From: Rickettsiales bacterium
Lineage (GTDB): Bacteria; Pseudomonadota; Alphaproteobacteria; Rickettsiales; UBA1997
Direction: 5' to 3'
DNA length: 64,000 nucleotides
Assembly (NCBI GenBank): GCA_005787525.1
Contig: SYAR01000005.1
Location: forward strand, 7,475-71,474
Under the pieces are notes generated by a model. That model made no database searches. It saw only the letters and a list, made by a program, of their open reading frames with translations, and was not told the DNA's origin. Position 1 is the first letter of the stretch. Each line of letters starts with the position of its first letter. Shown piece by piece: positions 20,482 through 31,800 of this stretch. A program made the position numbers and the translations under genes.

Positions 20482-20829
20482 TTATAAATTTTCTTTGGTT
20501 GATTTAGCAGGACGTGGATCAAAAAATTTTTCAAATTTATTTTTCATGCCGTCCATTTCTTTGGCTTCGGGCAAAGCATCTTTTTTCTTGGTAATATTTG
20601 GCCATTTTTTGGTATATTCACGATTAATTTCAACCCATTTCATCAAATCTGGGGACTCAGGCGAAATGGCTTCAGCTGGGCATTCGGGCACGCAAACTCC
20701 GCAATCAATGCAAGCTTCGGGATCGATAACAAGCATATTTTCGCCTTCGTAAAAACAATCAACGGGACATACCGAAACGCAATCGGTATATTTGCATCGA
20801 ACGCAATTATCGGTAACAACGTAAGTCAT
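20482..20829 (-). CDS. fdxA: 7Fe-type ferredoxin
   Basis: 115 aa with CxxCxxxxC...CP and [12 protein letters not shown] cluster motifs. Confidence 0.9.
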   Translation of the reverse strand: MTYVVTDNCVRCKYTDCVSVCPVDCFYEGENMLVIDPEACIDCGVCVPECPAEAISPESPDLMKWVEINREYTKKWPNITKKKDALPEAKEMDGMKNKFEKFFDPRPAKSTKENL

Positions 20830-21605
20830 AAATTTTTTAAAGTTAAATATTGGATTTTTCTTTTTATAATTTCGTTTTTAACCGCAATTAAAGACACGAA
20901 AATGAAAGTGCAAAAATAGACCGCAAACATTAATAATAAAGGCTTCAAAAAAGATGAATGAATAGCAACTCCGCCCGAGCGGATAATGCTAGCTTTTTGA
21001 TGAAGCGAGTTCCAATATTCCACTGAAAATTTGATGATCGGAATATTGATCAAACCAATGATTGAAATGATCGCCGAGATTTTTTCGGCTTTGATTTTAT
21101 CTTCAATATTGTCATATAAAAGTAAATATCCCAAATATAAAAAAAATAAAATTAACATTGAAGTAAGACGCGCGTCCCACGCCCACCAAGTGCCCCAGAT
21201 CGGCTTGCCCCAAATCGCGCCCGTGATTAAAGTGATTAAAGTGAAGACACAGCCGATTTCGGCGATGGCGCGGGCGATTACGTAAAAAAAGCGATTTTTC
21301 CAAATAAAGCCTCCAATGTTGAAGCTCGCCATCAAGCAATAAATTAATAAAGACATCCAAGCCGACGGCACGTGAATATACATAATTTTAACGGCGTTAC
21401 TTTGTTGATAATCATTGGGCGATGAGGCTATCGCTGAAATAGCAAAAAATAAAAATGTCGTTGACAAAAGCATAAAAATTGGCGTAAAAATACGAAAATT
21501 TTTGTCAAAATTTTTTAATTGTAAGAAATAATTTATCATTTTAAAAATTAAGAAAATGAGAGCTTGATTTAACAAGCACTTTAAGAAAAATAAAATTTTA
21601 TGCAA
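20826..21605 (-). CDS. ccmC: heme exporter/cytochrome c maturation protein CcmC
   Basis: 259 aa polytopic protein with the WWD motif [13 protein letters not shown]. Confidence 0.85.
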   Translation of the reverse strand: MHKILFFLKCLLNQALIFLIFKMINYFLQLKNFDKNFRIFTPIFMLLSTTFLFFAISAIASSPNDYQQSNAVKIMYIHVPSAWMSLLIYCLMASFNIGGFIWKNRFFYVIARAIAEIGCVFTLITLITGAIWGKPIWGTWWAWDARLTSMLILFFLYLGYLLLYDNIEDKIKAEKISAIISIIGLINIPIIKFSVEYWNSLHQKASIIRSGGVAIHSSFLKPLLLMFAVYFCTFIFVSLIAVKNEIIKRKIQYLTLKNL

Positions 21606-21622
21606 ATATTATTTTTTTTTTG

Positions 21623-22966
21623 CTATAATTCTTTAATTTCAAAATCTCTTTCGATTTTTATATCGGTTCCCTTCCCTTTAAATTGCAAAAGAAGCTCTTC
21701 TTTGCGATTATCTTTGATATAAATATGTGATGACGAAACCGCTCCCGAACTTAAGTTCCAGGTGGGATCGACAAAAATCCATTTATTATCAACGAAAATC
21801 ATGTTCCAAGCGTGGCTTTCGAATTTATCATAATCGCCGAAGGCGTAGCCGTGAACGATTGAGGATGGAATTTTAGCAACTCGTGCCAAAGCATTAAATA
21901 AAGTGGCAAATTCGCTACAAACTCCTGATTTAGTTTGTAATATTTGCTCGACCGTTAATAATTTTCCGAAATAACTTAAATCATATTTTATATTTTTATT
22001 AACATAGCTTACAATTTTGGCGTGAAGGGGCATAAAATCATATTCGGGATCGACAATAATTTTTTGCAAGATTGGTTGCAAAAGTATTTTTTCACCCTCG
22101 GAAATCTCGAGAAATTTTTCAATCTGGCGATTATTTTCGACAGCATATTTTTTTCCAGTGTTAATGATCGCTTTGTTTTGAACGACAATTTCCTTATCTT
22201 GAGGCTTGATATCAAAGGTTAAAACGTCATTATCGCGATTGGTGATATGTTTTTTTGGAATTTTATTAGCACTGATTGTTTGATTCCTAACTTCTTGAGC
22301 TCCTCCACGAAATAAATAAGGAGCAGTAATTTCTAGTTCACCTTCGGAATTATTGAGAATAATTTTACTTTTTATCGAAACATCCCAAGTTTTAGAAGAA
22401 TCGGTTATTCTTAATATTTCTTTAATACCTTTATTGGGAACTATTCCTTTAAATATAATCTTTTTATTCTCAATCTTAAGATTTTTATAAGAAGAAATTA
22501 ATTCTTGAGAAGAGGATAATTCGCTATTTTCACTAAAATCCAATGAAACTTTTGCCATTGCCCCAGTAGCGAATTCGGGAATATAGAATGGTTCTTGGCG
22601 AATATATTTATTAATTTTATCATATTCATTTTTGGCTTCATATTCAATAAAAATAGATTCATTATTTTTAATCGGTTTATCGAAAAAAACTTCAAAAGAA
22701 CCGGGGAGAGATAATGATCTTGCACTGAAAGCATTTACCTTAACTCTTGAAGGCATTAATTTATTATTGGACGAACTTTTGATTGAAAAAGAGTCGATAG
22801 CTTGATCTTTTGGTAAATTTACGGCTTGAATTTTTATTAGAAATTTTGAATTACGACCATAATCGGTTAATTTAGACTCTTCTTCCCATTCAAGAATCTT
22901 AATACCAGCGAAGGCTGGTGAAATTAAAAATAAAAAGATTAAAATTGTTGATTTTAGATAATTCAT
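21623..22966 (-). CDS. secreted transglutaminase-like cysteine protease domain protein
   Basis: 447 aa with a signal peptide (LFLISPAFA). The C-terminal core has Cys (GVCSEFATLF), His (ESHAWN) and Asp (FVDPTW) spaced as in the transglutaminase-core fold. Confidence 0.75.
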   Translation of the reverse strand: MNYLKSTILIFLFLISPAFAGIKILEWEEESKLTDYGRNSKFLIKIQAVNLPKDQAIDSFSIKSSSNNKLMPSRVKVNAFSARSLSLPGSFEVFFDKPIKNNESIFIEYEAKNEYDKINKYIRQEPFYIPEFATGAMAKVSLDFSENSELSSSQELISSYKNLKIENKKIIFKGIVPNKGIKEILRITDSSKTWDVSIKSKIILNNSEGELEITAPYLFRGGAQEVRNQTISANKIPKKHITNRDNDVLTFDIKPQDKEIVVQNKAIINTGKKYAVENNRQIEKFLEISEGEKILLQPILQKIIVDPEYDFMPLHAKIVSYVNKNIKYDLSYFGKLLTVEQILQTKSGVCSEFATLFNALARVAKIPSSIVHGYAFGDYDKFESHAWNMIFVDNKWIFVDPTWNLSSGAVSSSHIYIKDNRKEELLLQFKGKGTDIKIERDFEIKEL

Positions 22967-23013
22967 AAATTTTTCAATGATAGTAAATATTTCTTAATAA
23001 CGCAAATTATTAG

Positions 23014-23054
23014 AAAAATATTGTTGATAAATTTTTGTAATCAACAATATTTTT
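23014..23054. promoter_or_regulatory. 15-bp perfect inverted repeat between the purL fragment and the transglutaminase-like gene
   Basis: aaaaatattgttgat-(11 nt)-atcaacaatattttt. All-AT-rich arms, so either a weak terminator or an operator-like palindrome. Confidence 0.3.
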
Positions 23055-23137
23055 AAAGATTTGCTAATTAAAAATAAAACTCAATCGAATTCTTGGTTTA
23101 ATGTTGTTTTGGGATGATAAAAATCTTAAAAATTTTT

Positions 23138-24277
23138 TTAAATCCAAGGTCGATCATATTCTGGAGAACTATCGGAGAGTGGAGATGATGGAATGTCGGC
23201 GTAAACTTCTCCCTGCATTTTTATAACAACTCGACCAGTATTTGTTACTTTACCAATTACCGCAAAATCTAAGCCCCATTTTTCAAAAATTTTTTGTGCA
23301 AAATCTTCTCTTTCAGGTTTGATAATCATCAACATTCTTTCTTGACTTTCGGAAAGCATTATTTCATAAGGAGTCATGTTTTTTTCACGTTGCGGAACTT
23401 TTTCAAGTTCAAGTTCAATGCCAGTTCCGCCCTTTCCCGACATTTCAAAAGAAGAAGAAGTCAAGCCCGCCGCGCCCATATCTTGAATTGATAAAATGCA
23501 ATCACTTTGCATTAATTCAAGGCAAGCTTCGAGAAGTAATTTTTCGGCAAAAGGATCGCCAACTTGAACTGTTGGACGCTTATCTTCATCGCCTTCTTTA
23601 AATTCATCAGATGCCATCACCGCACCATTAATGCCGTCGCGACCAGTTTTCGATCCGACATAAACAACGCTGGCTCCAATTTCGGAAGCGGCAGAATAAA
23701 AAATTTTATTTTGATCCGCCAAGCCAACCGTCATGGCGTTAACGATAATATTGCCATTATAACTTTTGTCAAAAGTAACTTCGCCACCAATAGTTGGAAC
23801 GCCTACGCAATTGCCATATCCGCCAATTCCTGACACAACTCCATTGACAAGTTGTTTGGTTTTTGGATGAGAAATTTCACCAAATCTTAAAGCGTTTAAA
23901 TTGGCAATCGGGCGCGCTCCCATCGTGAATACATCGCGTAAAATGCCACCTACTCCCGTCGCCGCTCCTTGATAAGGCTCGATGAAAGAAGGATGATTAT
24001 GACTTTCCATTTTAAAAATCACGGCTTGGCCATCGCCAATATCGATGACGCCAGCATTTTCACCCGGACCGCAAATAACCCAAGGGGCTTGAGTGTGCAT
24101 AGTTTTAAGCCACTTTTTGGTGGATTTGTAAGAGCAATGTTCGCTCCACATTGCCGAAAAAATTCCAAGCTCGGTAATTGTTGGAGTGCGACCAAGAATT
24201 TCAAGGACTTTGAAATATTCTTCCGCGGTTAAATTGTGATCTTTAATTAATTTTTCAGTGATTTCGATATTTTTCAT
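23138..24277 (-). CDS. purL: FGAM synthase II (PurL), N-terminal half only (truncated or split)
   Basis: 379 aa with [22 protein letters not shown] and [10 protein letters not shown] motifs, ending just after ...PEYDRPWI. Stand-alone PurL proteins are generally about twice this length. Only 171 bp separate its stop from the next gene. Confidence 0.8.
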   Translation of the reverse strand: MKNIEITEKLIKDHNLTAEEYFKVLEILGRTPTITELGIFSAMWSEHCSYKSTKKWLKTMHTQAPWVICGPGENAGVIDIGDGQAVIFKMESHNHPSFIEPYQGAATGVGGILRDVFTMGARPIANLNALRFGEISHPKTKQLVNGVVSGIGGYGNCVGVPTIGGEVTFDKSYNGNIIVNAMTVGLADQNKIFYSAASEIGASVVYVGSKTGRDGINGAVMASDEFKEGDEDKRPTVQVGDPFAEKLLLEACLELMQSDCILSIQDMGAAGLTSSSFEMSGKGGTGIELELEKVPQREKNMTPYEIMLSESQERMLMIIKPEREDFAQKIFEKWGLDFAVIGKVTNTGRVVIKMQGEVYADIPSSPLSDSSPEYDRPWI

Positions 24278-24463
24278 TTTGATGAAATTTCTTTAATAAA
24301 TAGATGGAAATTTATAACCAAACTTTATTTTAAAACATTCCAAATAACAAGAAAAAATTTTCAAAAAATTAACAAAAAATAAAGTAAAAACTTGCTTGTC
24401 TTATAGAAAAAAAAGGTTAAAATTTGATAGTTATTCTTTAATTAAAAATGTATCTAAATTGGC

Positions 24464-25843
24464 ATGAAGAAATTCGTTGTTTACGGTCTTGGGATTTCAG
24501 GGATTTCAACCGCTAAAGCATTAATTAAAAAAAATTTTCATACAACTGCAACCGATGATAATCAAGGGGTGCTTGATGATAATGCACAAAAATATCCAAA
24601 CATAAATTTTAAAAATTGTGAAGAAATTTCTTTCGATAAAGATACCGTAATTTCATTCGCTCCCGGAATTCCGCTTTATTTTCCTAAGCCTCATAAAATT
24701 CTTGAAATTTGTCAAAAAACCCAAGCAAAATTAGCGTGCGATATTGAAATTTTTTACGAATTAAATCATAAAAATAATGATTTCATCGGCATTACGGGGA
24801 CTAATGGCAAATCAACAACCACGGCGTTGACGGGCTATATTTTTGAAAAACTTGAAATAGCTTCTAAAATCGGCGGAAATATTGGCATTGCATGCTTTGA
24901 AATGCCTCAAGATCAAGTTGATTTTAATTACATTTTGGAAGTTTCTTCTTATCAACTTGATTTAATCACCAATGCTCGCTTTAATATTGCCTGTCTTTTA
25001 AATATTACGCCCGATCACCTTGATCGCCACGGCTCTTTCGAAAATTACATCGAATCCAAAAAAAGAATTTTTTTAAATCAAAATTCTGATGATTTTGCCG
25101 TCATTGATATCGATAATTCAAACTCTCTTAAAGTTTTTGAGGATTTACAAAATAATAAAAATATTAATGGCAATTTAGTGGCGATTTCAACTAAAAAAAT
25201 TCCACAAAATGGTGTTGCCGTAATTGATAAAAAAGTTTTTGTAAATCTTGAAAATCAAAAATTTGAATTTGTAATTAATCCGATTCTAAAAGGGCAGCAT
25301 AATCATCAAAATATTGCCTGCGCTCTTGCAATTGCTTGTTGTCATCTTATTAAAAAATCACAATTTACTCAACAAAAAATTGGGAAAATCATTAAAATTA
25401 TTGAAGAATTTAAGGGTTTAAAACATCGCATGCAATTAGTTACAAAACTTGATGGAATTAGTTTTGTAAATGATAGCAAAGCAACTAATGCCGAATCAAC
25501 CGAGAATGCTTTAAAATCTTATGACAATATTTTTTGGATTTTGGGCGGTAAAGCCAAAGAAGGCGGAATTGAAAGTCTCGAGCCTTATTTTTCAAAAATT
25601 CAAAAAGCTTATTTAATTGGCGAAGCTTCGGATGAATTCGCTAAAATTCTTGAAACAAATTCTGTCCATTTTGAAAAATGTCAAACCCTTAAAAATGCTT
25701 TTGATCGGGCTTTAATCGATGCTAAATCATCGAATTTAATTGAGAAAAATATTATTCTATCGCCAGCTTGCGCTTCATTTGACCAATGGAAAAATTTTGA
25801 AGAACGCGGTGATTTTTTTTGTAAATTAGTAAATGATATTTAA
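24464..25843 (+). CDS. murD: UDP-N-acetylmuramoylalanine--D-glutamate ligase
   Basis: 459 aa with GITGTNGKSTT and a conserved Mur ligase middle and C-terminal domain (NDSKATN). Confidence 0.9.
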   Translation: MKKFVVYGLGISGISTAKALIKKNFHTTATDDNQGVLDDNAQKYPNINFKNCEEISFDKDTVISFAPGIPLYFPKPHKILEICQKTQAKLACDIEIFYELNHKNNDFIGITGTNGKSTTTALTGYIFEKLEIASKIGGNIGIACFEMPQDQVDFNYILEVSSYQLDLITNARFNIACLLNITPDHLDRHGSFENYIESKKRIFLNQNSDDFAVIDIDNSNSLKVFEDLQNNKNINGNLVAISTKKIPQNGVAVIDKKVFVNLENQKFEFVINPILKGQHNHQNIACALAIACCHLIKKSQFTQQKIGKIIKIIEEFKGLKHRMQLVTKLDGISFVNDSKATNAESTENALKSYDNIFWILGGKAKEGGIESLEPYFSKIQKAYLIGEASDEFAKILETNSVHFEKCQTLKNAFDRALIDAKSSNLIEKNIILSPACASFDQWKNFEERGDFFCKLVNDI

Positions 25844-28800
25844 AAAAATTTATACATTTTTAAACGATCGCTGGAGTGGAAATTTTCTTTCCAAATTCTT
25901 TTTAGCACTTATTTTTATAATAACTTCTTGCGTTTTTTTCTTCGTAACAGAATCAAATGCTGTTGTAGTTAGTACCCCTGCCTCGATTGCCAAAAGTAAA
26001 GCTGATAGAGATTTTGCAAAGGCTAGTGCGGCTGCTGGAAATGCTGTTAATACACCACCGACAATATCTTATATTTCTTCATCCACAACCCCTCCAACGG
26101 GCAACAACATAAATGAATTTCATATTTTATATCAAAAAACCGGATTAAATCCAGTAAAAATATATACTTCATATTTACCGCCAAAAAATTCTTATAACAA
26201 CATTCTTGTTGATGAACATACTCTTGAACATTGTGGTGTTTTAGGTCAACAAGGTGCTGATATGATTGGTAAGAGTTGTATGGTTAAAATTCCTTTTGAT
26301 TGCTCTTCCCCACCCACTGGGGTAACTGCCTTAAGTGGAGAGAATTGTCTAAATTATTCAGCGATATTCCCTGGCTCAACTAGCGAGAGTAAAAAACTTA
26401 ACCCTAGGGAATGTGAAAAAACTGGTGAGACTGAATTTACAAATTGTATATCATCACAAAAACCATATTGCCATACCGTCCCTCAAAATCCAATAATTGG
26501 AATTAATTGCAAGCTTGCGCCATGCAATGAAATACCCAATCAAAAATATCGAAGACCCGGAGTAAATTGTTTAGCTGATTGCAACGATACTTCCAATAAT
26601 GCAATATCGAAAGATAAATTTTTTATAGAGGGATTCACTTGTTTAACTTCCTGCAAAACCAAAGCTGCGCCAAAAAATATTGGAGAAAATTGCGTTCTTG
26701 AATTTAATGATTATGTGATGCCTTTATGTAATCAACAATCTCCGGCTACCAAAAATTTTAATAAATCTACTAGTCCTTCGGGAGCTAGAGGTTCATGTTT
26801 GGATGTAATAGATTTGCCATTGTGCTCAGCTTCTTCAGCAGCTTCAGATGAACTTACGAAATGTGTAAAGGAATGCTCGCCAACATTAAATAAACACAAT
26901 ATAAATTGTATTAATTTTTTATCTGCCAATAGCGTTACATATAATGGCTATGTTGATAAAAAGTGTCATCATTATACTGACCTCTCTACTTTAAATGCTA
27001 ATGCAAGTTGTACTAAATTAGATTGCCATAAATTATCCGATATAGAATTATCAAGAACTCTCAATGTTTTTGATTTGACATTTGATGGATTTTCAACTGG
27101 AAAATATTGTAATCCAACTAAATATACTAACTTTTCTCTTGATCAATTTAGGGCATTAAATACTTTACCTAATGCTTATCTTAGAGATTATAAATTAGAT
27201 AATAAGCCTTGCTATTCGGATGGCGACACCGAAGAAATAGAAACTGTTCTGAGCTCCAATTTTTACAAAAAGCCATCAGTGTCATATTCATCAAAAATTG
27301 AATATTTGAAATCGCAATGTACCGGATTATCATATGCGGGAACGGCAACAAATCCCTTAAATTGCACTTCGAATAGTTTGGATAGAACTCATGATGATTA
27401 TAATGCAAATTTTTTATATGATCAAAATAGTTTTTGTACATATGGCGATATTTCTCAGCAAATTTTATGTGTAAATTACAAAAGAGAGACTCCAGCGGTT
27501 GCCCCTAATGATTGTAATTCACCATCTCTAAATTCTTGTCCTGCGGGGAATTGTCCTATTTGTCAAGCTGGCGAAACTTATTGTTTTAAAAATGGTATAA
27601 ATTGCAACAGCTCATTAAATCAAAAATACCCAATATGTAGTGCTTTAAAAACTCTCTCTCAACCAGTAAAGCCATCTGGTGATGAATATGTATCTTGGTT
27701 TTTTAGGCCAACAATTGATTCTGATGCGATTCGAGAATTAACTTCTGCGGGAGGAGTAAAATCTTATTCATTAATTAATATGAGTGGTTATCCAACTAAT
27801 ACTGTAGCTGGAGGAACGCCTAGCGATGATTTGTATATGAGCAATGATGATCTGCGTAATAATGGATATATTGATGGATTTTGGGGGACAGTAAGTGGAT
27901 CATATATACTTGGTAATGGAACAAATATGGGTTTGGGAGCGGTTGGAGCAGAAAATATTTGTGGAATGAATAATGATTTTCGAAATATTCCAACCGAAGA
28001 TTTTGCTTATTTTAGAGGAGGAGTAACAACCGTTTATGGCTTAGATGATAAAGTTTCTCATAATGTTGAAATTTGTATAAGATATCGAAGTTCTACAAAT
28101 TTAATGGGCACTTGCGGATATAGAAGATGTTACACTTCTTGCGTTGGTTTTCTTAGTGGTCTTTCCCCAACTTGCTCAAAAGTTTGTGGATATGACGTTT
28201 GCAAAACAATGTCAATCGAAGAAGAATCTAATGGTTCGCAAACCGATGATTGCTCTTCAACTTCTCAAAATTTTTCAAGAGGTATGTTTGCAACTAAGAA
28301 TGGTAGAACTACTCGGATGTCATGTTCCGCAACTTATAATACCGCTTCTGATATCTCTAGCGCCAATACCAGAGTTAGAATTTATAAACCAAGTGGATCT
28401 TCTAATTATATTTGTGCGGTATTAGATTTTAAAGGTATTACTCTAGATCTTAATAGAAATGGACAATATTTTAACGGAAGTGAATATTTTTTAATTCCCG
28501 ATCCAAATAAAATAAATTCGTTTAAAAAATTGTGTGTGAGTGGGATATATTCGGAATCAACTGACACTTGTGAAAGTGGTGTTAATACAAATAATCAATG
28601 GACTGAATCTTCGGTTTGGAGAACTGCAAGAATTATTAAATATATCATGCAACCCTCAGATGTTGATGGAAAATGGAATCATGATACTCCAAATTCTGGA
28701 GTTAATTATCTTGATCAATATGGAGTTGGACCTGCTAACCTAATGTCTTCCCATGTCGATAATAATTCTGGTGCGACAGTTAATCAAACAATCGGAAGAA

Positions 28801-31800
28801 TTAGATATAATGTTAAAAGATATTTTGAGAAATCGGATTGCATTAGACATGAATCAAAAATTGGAGCGCCTATATTTTTCTCCGTTGCTGATATTTCTAA
28901 TTCACACAGGCTTTTTTTACCGTCATTGGAAATAGAGGGATCTTGTGAAATAGCCTCTTCTCCAGATGCCGATGTAAATTGTACCCCAGCTTCTGAGGCG
29001 GGAACTGATTTCTTTAAACCCGCTATTAAAATTTTATATGGGAAAAAAGGCGCCACCAATTCTTTTCTTTCGGTTGATCCTGGGAGTGCAATAAACACTA
29101 ATTATAAACTTTTAAAAATAACTAACCCGGAAAGCGAAGTAAGTGAGGACTACTACATAAAAGCTCTTAATATTGGCATTACAACCAGTGCTACTATCGC
29201 TAAAACGGTATTTATAAAAAAAGAAAAAAAAGATGACGATCAGCCCAAATTATGTTTATATGAAAAAATTTCATTAGGGGGAAATCCACCAACCTTCAAA
29301 GAATCGCTAATAAAATGCGTTAACCGAAAAAGAGCGCAGAATGTTTCAATTAATCCTACATCTGCTGATCCTCTTCATACTCACCTGTCTTTTGGTGTTA
29401 AATTTTTAAAGAATAATGCAACTTTACTTAGCTCAATAAGTGATGCCAATCTACATAGTTCAATAATAGATGCCAATCTTCCCATAAAATCATTTACCTT
29501 TGAAACATTAATTGATTTAAAAAACAAAAATCTTCTAAAAGAATGCGAACAAATTACTGGTAGTGGCTTCCCAATATGCGTTGAAAGAGAGGAATGCTCG
29601 ATTTTAAATAATGAATGCGTTGAAAACGAAAAAGCTTTAATAATTGCTAAATCAAGTGCGAATCCGCAATATGGAATAATTGCCGAAAGAGAGGTTGTTA
29701 GCAATTACTGTAAAACAGTATTATTAACTAAATGCAATTTTAAAAAAGGCTTCGATCTTACCTCGTCCAATACAACTTTAAATACTTCGATTTTAGATGG
29801 AGAGGGCTTTAATGCTCCAGCTGTTAGAAATCATTATGGGTGGTTTAATGAATTTTGCATTACGAGTGGAATAGAAGTTCTAGATGACGAAAATAAATAT
29901 AAATATGTTGAGGCATTAATTCCAACAAATGCTGATGGTAATATTAATGAAGAAGTTGGTAAATGTAAAACTATGACAAATCCCAGCGATTGTCAAAGTT
30001 GTGATAACACGATATGTTTAAGAAGTAGCTGTTGCAAAATATATAATCCAGCTACATCTCAACTTGATTCAACAGTTAAAATGAGAAAAGCCACCCCTAG
30101 AGAGCTTGGATTGTGTTATACGATAACTAATTATTTAAAAACTTGTCCCGCAATTTCATTCGGAAAAAATGATGATACTACTGATACATTTTTTGTGGGA
30201 TCTAGTTTTTTAGGTAGTCTTTTATCAGATCCACATTCATCTCATGTAATGAGATTTAATAGTGTTGTTACTAAAGACGGAGTTAATTATAATAGTTACA
30301 ATGCTGAGTATGATGTCGCTTATGGAGGAGTTTCAAGTGTAATGGGAAAATGCGTTGGATTCTATAAAAATAGAATTTCACAAAATAATCCAACAGCTAA
30401 TTGTGCGATTGACGGAACTTGGAATAGTTTTTCAAATTCTTGTGCACTTTACACATGTCCCGCTAAAAAATTAGATCTTCCGGCAAATGGTGCTAATTTT
30501 TATGGTAATTATATTTCATCTTACGATACATCAAATGCGGAAATAAAATCTCAAGCTGGCTCTAATGAGGGTTATGCCAACTGGAATTTTTTCACCAAAA
30601 CTGGTTATCTAAAGGAGAGAGCAACTTCAGCTTTATGCATAACTGGATATGCTAAAAAGAATTCGACACCAGTTGTTTCGGACATAAATCAAGTCGATAC
30701 CTCTTCAACATCTTTGGCTACCAAATTAAATGCATTTAAAACAACGAGATATTCGAGAGAAATCAATGCATTATATAAAAAAATTAGTAGTTTTTCAGGT
30801 GGAATAGATCCTTCAAGGCTTTGCAATCAACTTGGAATTTGGGAGTCAGTAAGTAATTCGTGTGAAAGAATAACATGTCCGGCTTTGAACTTTGAAAAAC
30901 CCGTCGATTATAACGCTTTTTATATGAATGATTATGATTTGGCAAAATCTGGCGATGTTCTCTATTGTGCAACATATAGCGGTGTGAGTTCGATTAATAA
31001 AGTTAAAGTTGATACTGGATCTTTCAGTGCGAATTATTTGAATGTTGTTGCTGACTCTACAAATATATTGGGAAGTGCTGTTAATAATTTATCCATTAAA
31101 AATAGTGCTGGAGTTACACAAACTCTTTTGTCAAACAGAACTTATGTTTTAGAAAAAATTCCAGCTTCTGGTGGCTCTCCTGCCTATTGGAAAATTTTAG
31201 ATAATTCCAATGACGCTGTCTTAAGAGCATTGTGGATAAAATCGGGAGGAGCAACTTTTGGCAAAGGTTATGCCTTAAGAAGCATAAGTCATAATTACGA
31301 GGTTGATTCTGCATTGGATCCTTTAGATAAGCATAGAGTTATTGGAACATGTAATGCGGAAATGGGTTTTAATCCAATCGGGGCTAATTTAAATCCAGAA
31401 TTGCTTTGCGATTCCAATGGCAATTGGGATCTTCTTAAAAATCAATGCACTTCAGATTGTTCAGCGGTTAATGGCTCAAACTCTCTCAGCAGGGGTCATG
31501 GTTTTGCAAATTGGATTGCTTCAAAAGCTAAGGTTGGAACTTCAGAAATAGTAAGTGCAACACAATGCAGTAATGGCTATCTCGTTTACCCATATCCGCC
31601 TCTATATGATAATGAAGGAGTCAAAGGAGATTTTGGAGTTGGTGCTGCCGTTTCCTCTTCTGGCGAGGCTTTTTCAACGGCGGATGTTTTTGATGGAATA
31701 GCTTCAACAACCGATGGAGCAAATTTTGTTGCTACGCCAAATGCTGGCGTCACTTTATCGCCAACGATTGGAAGTTCTTATAATTTTAAAATATCAAATC

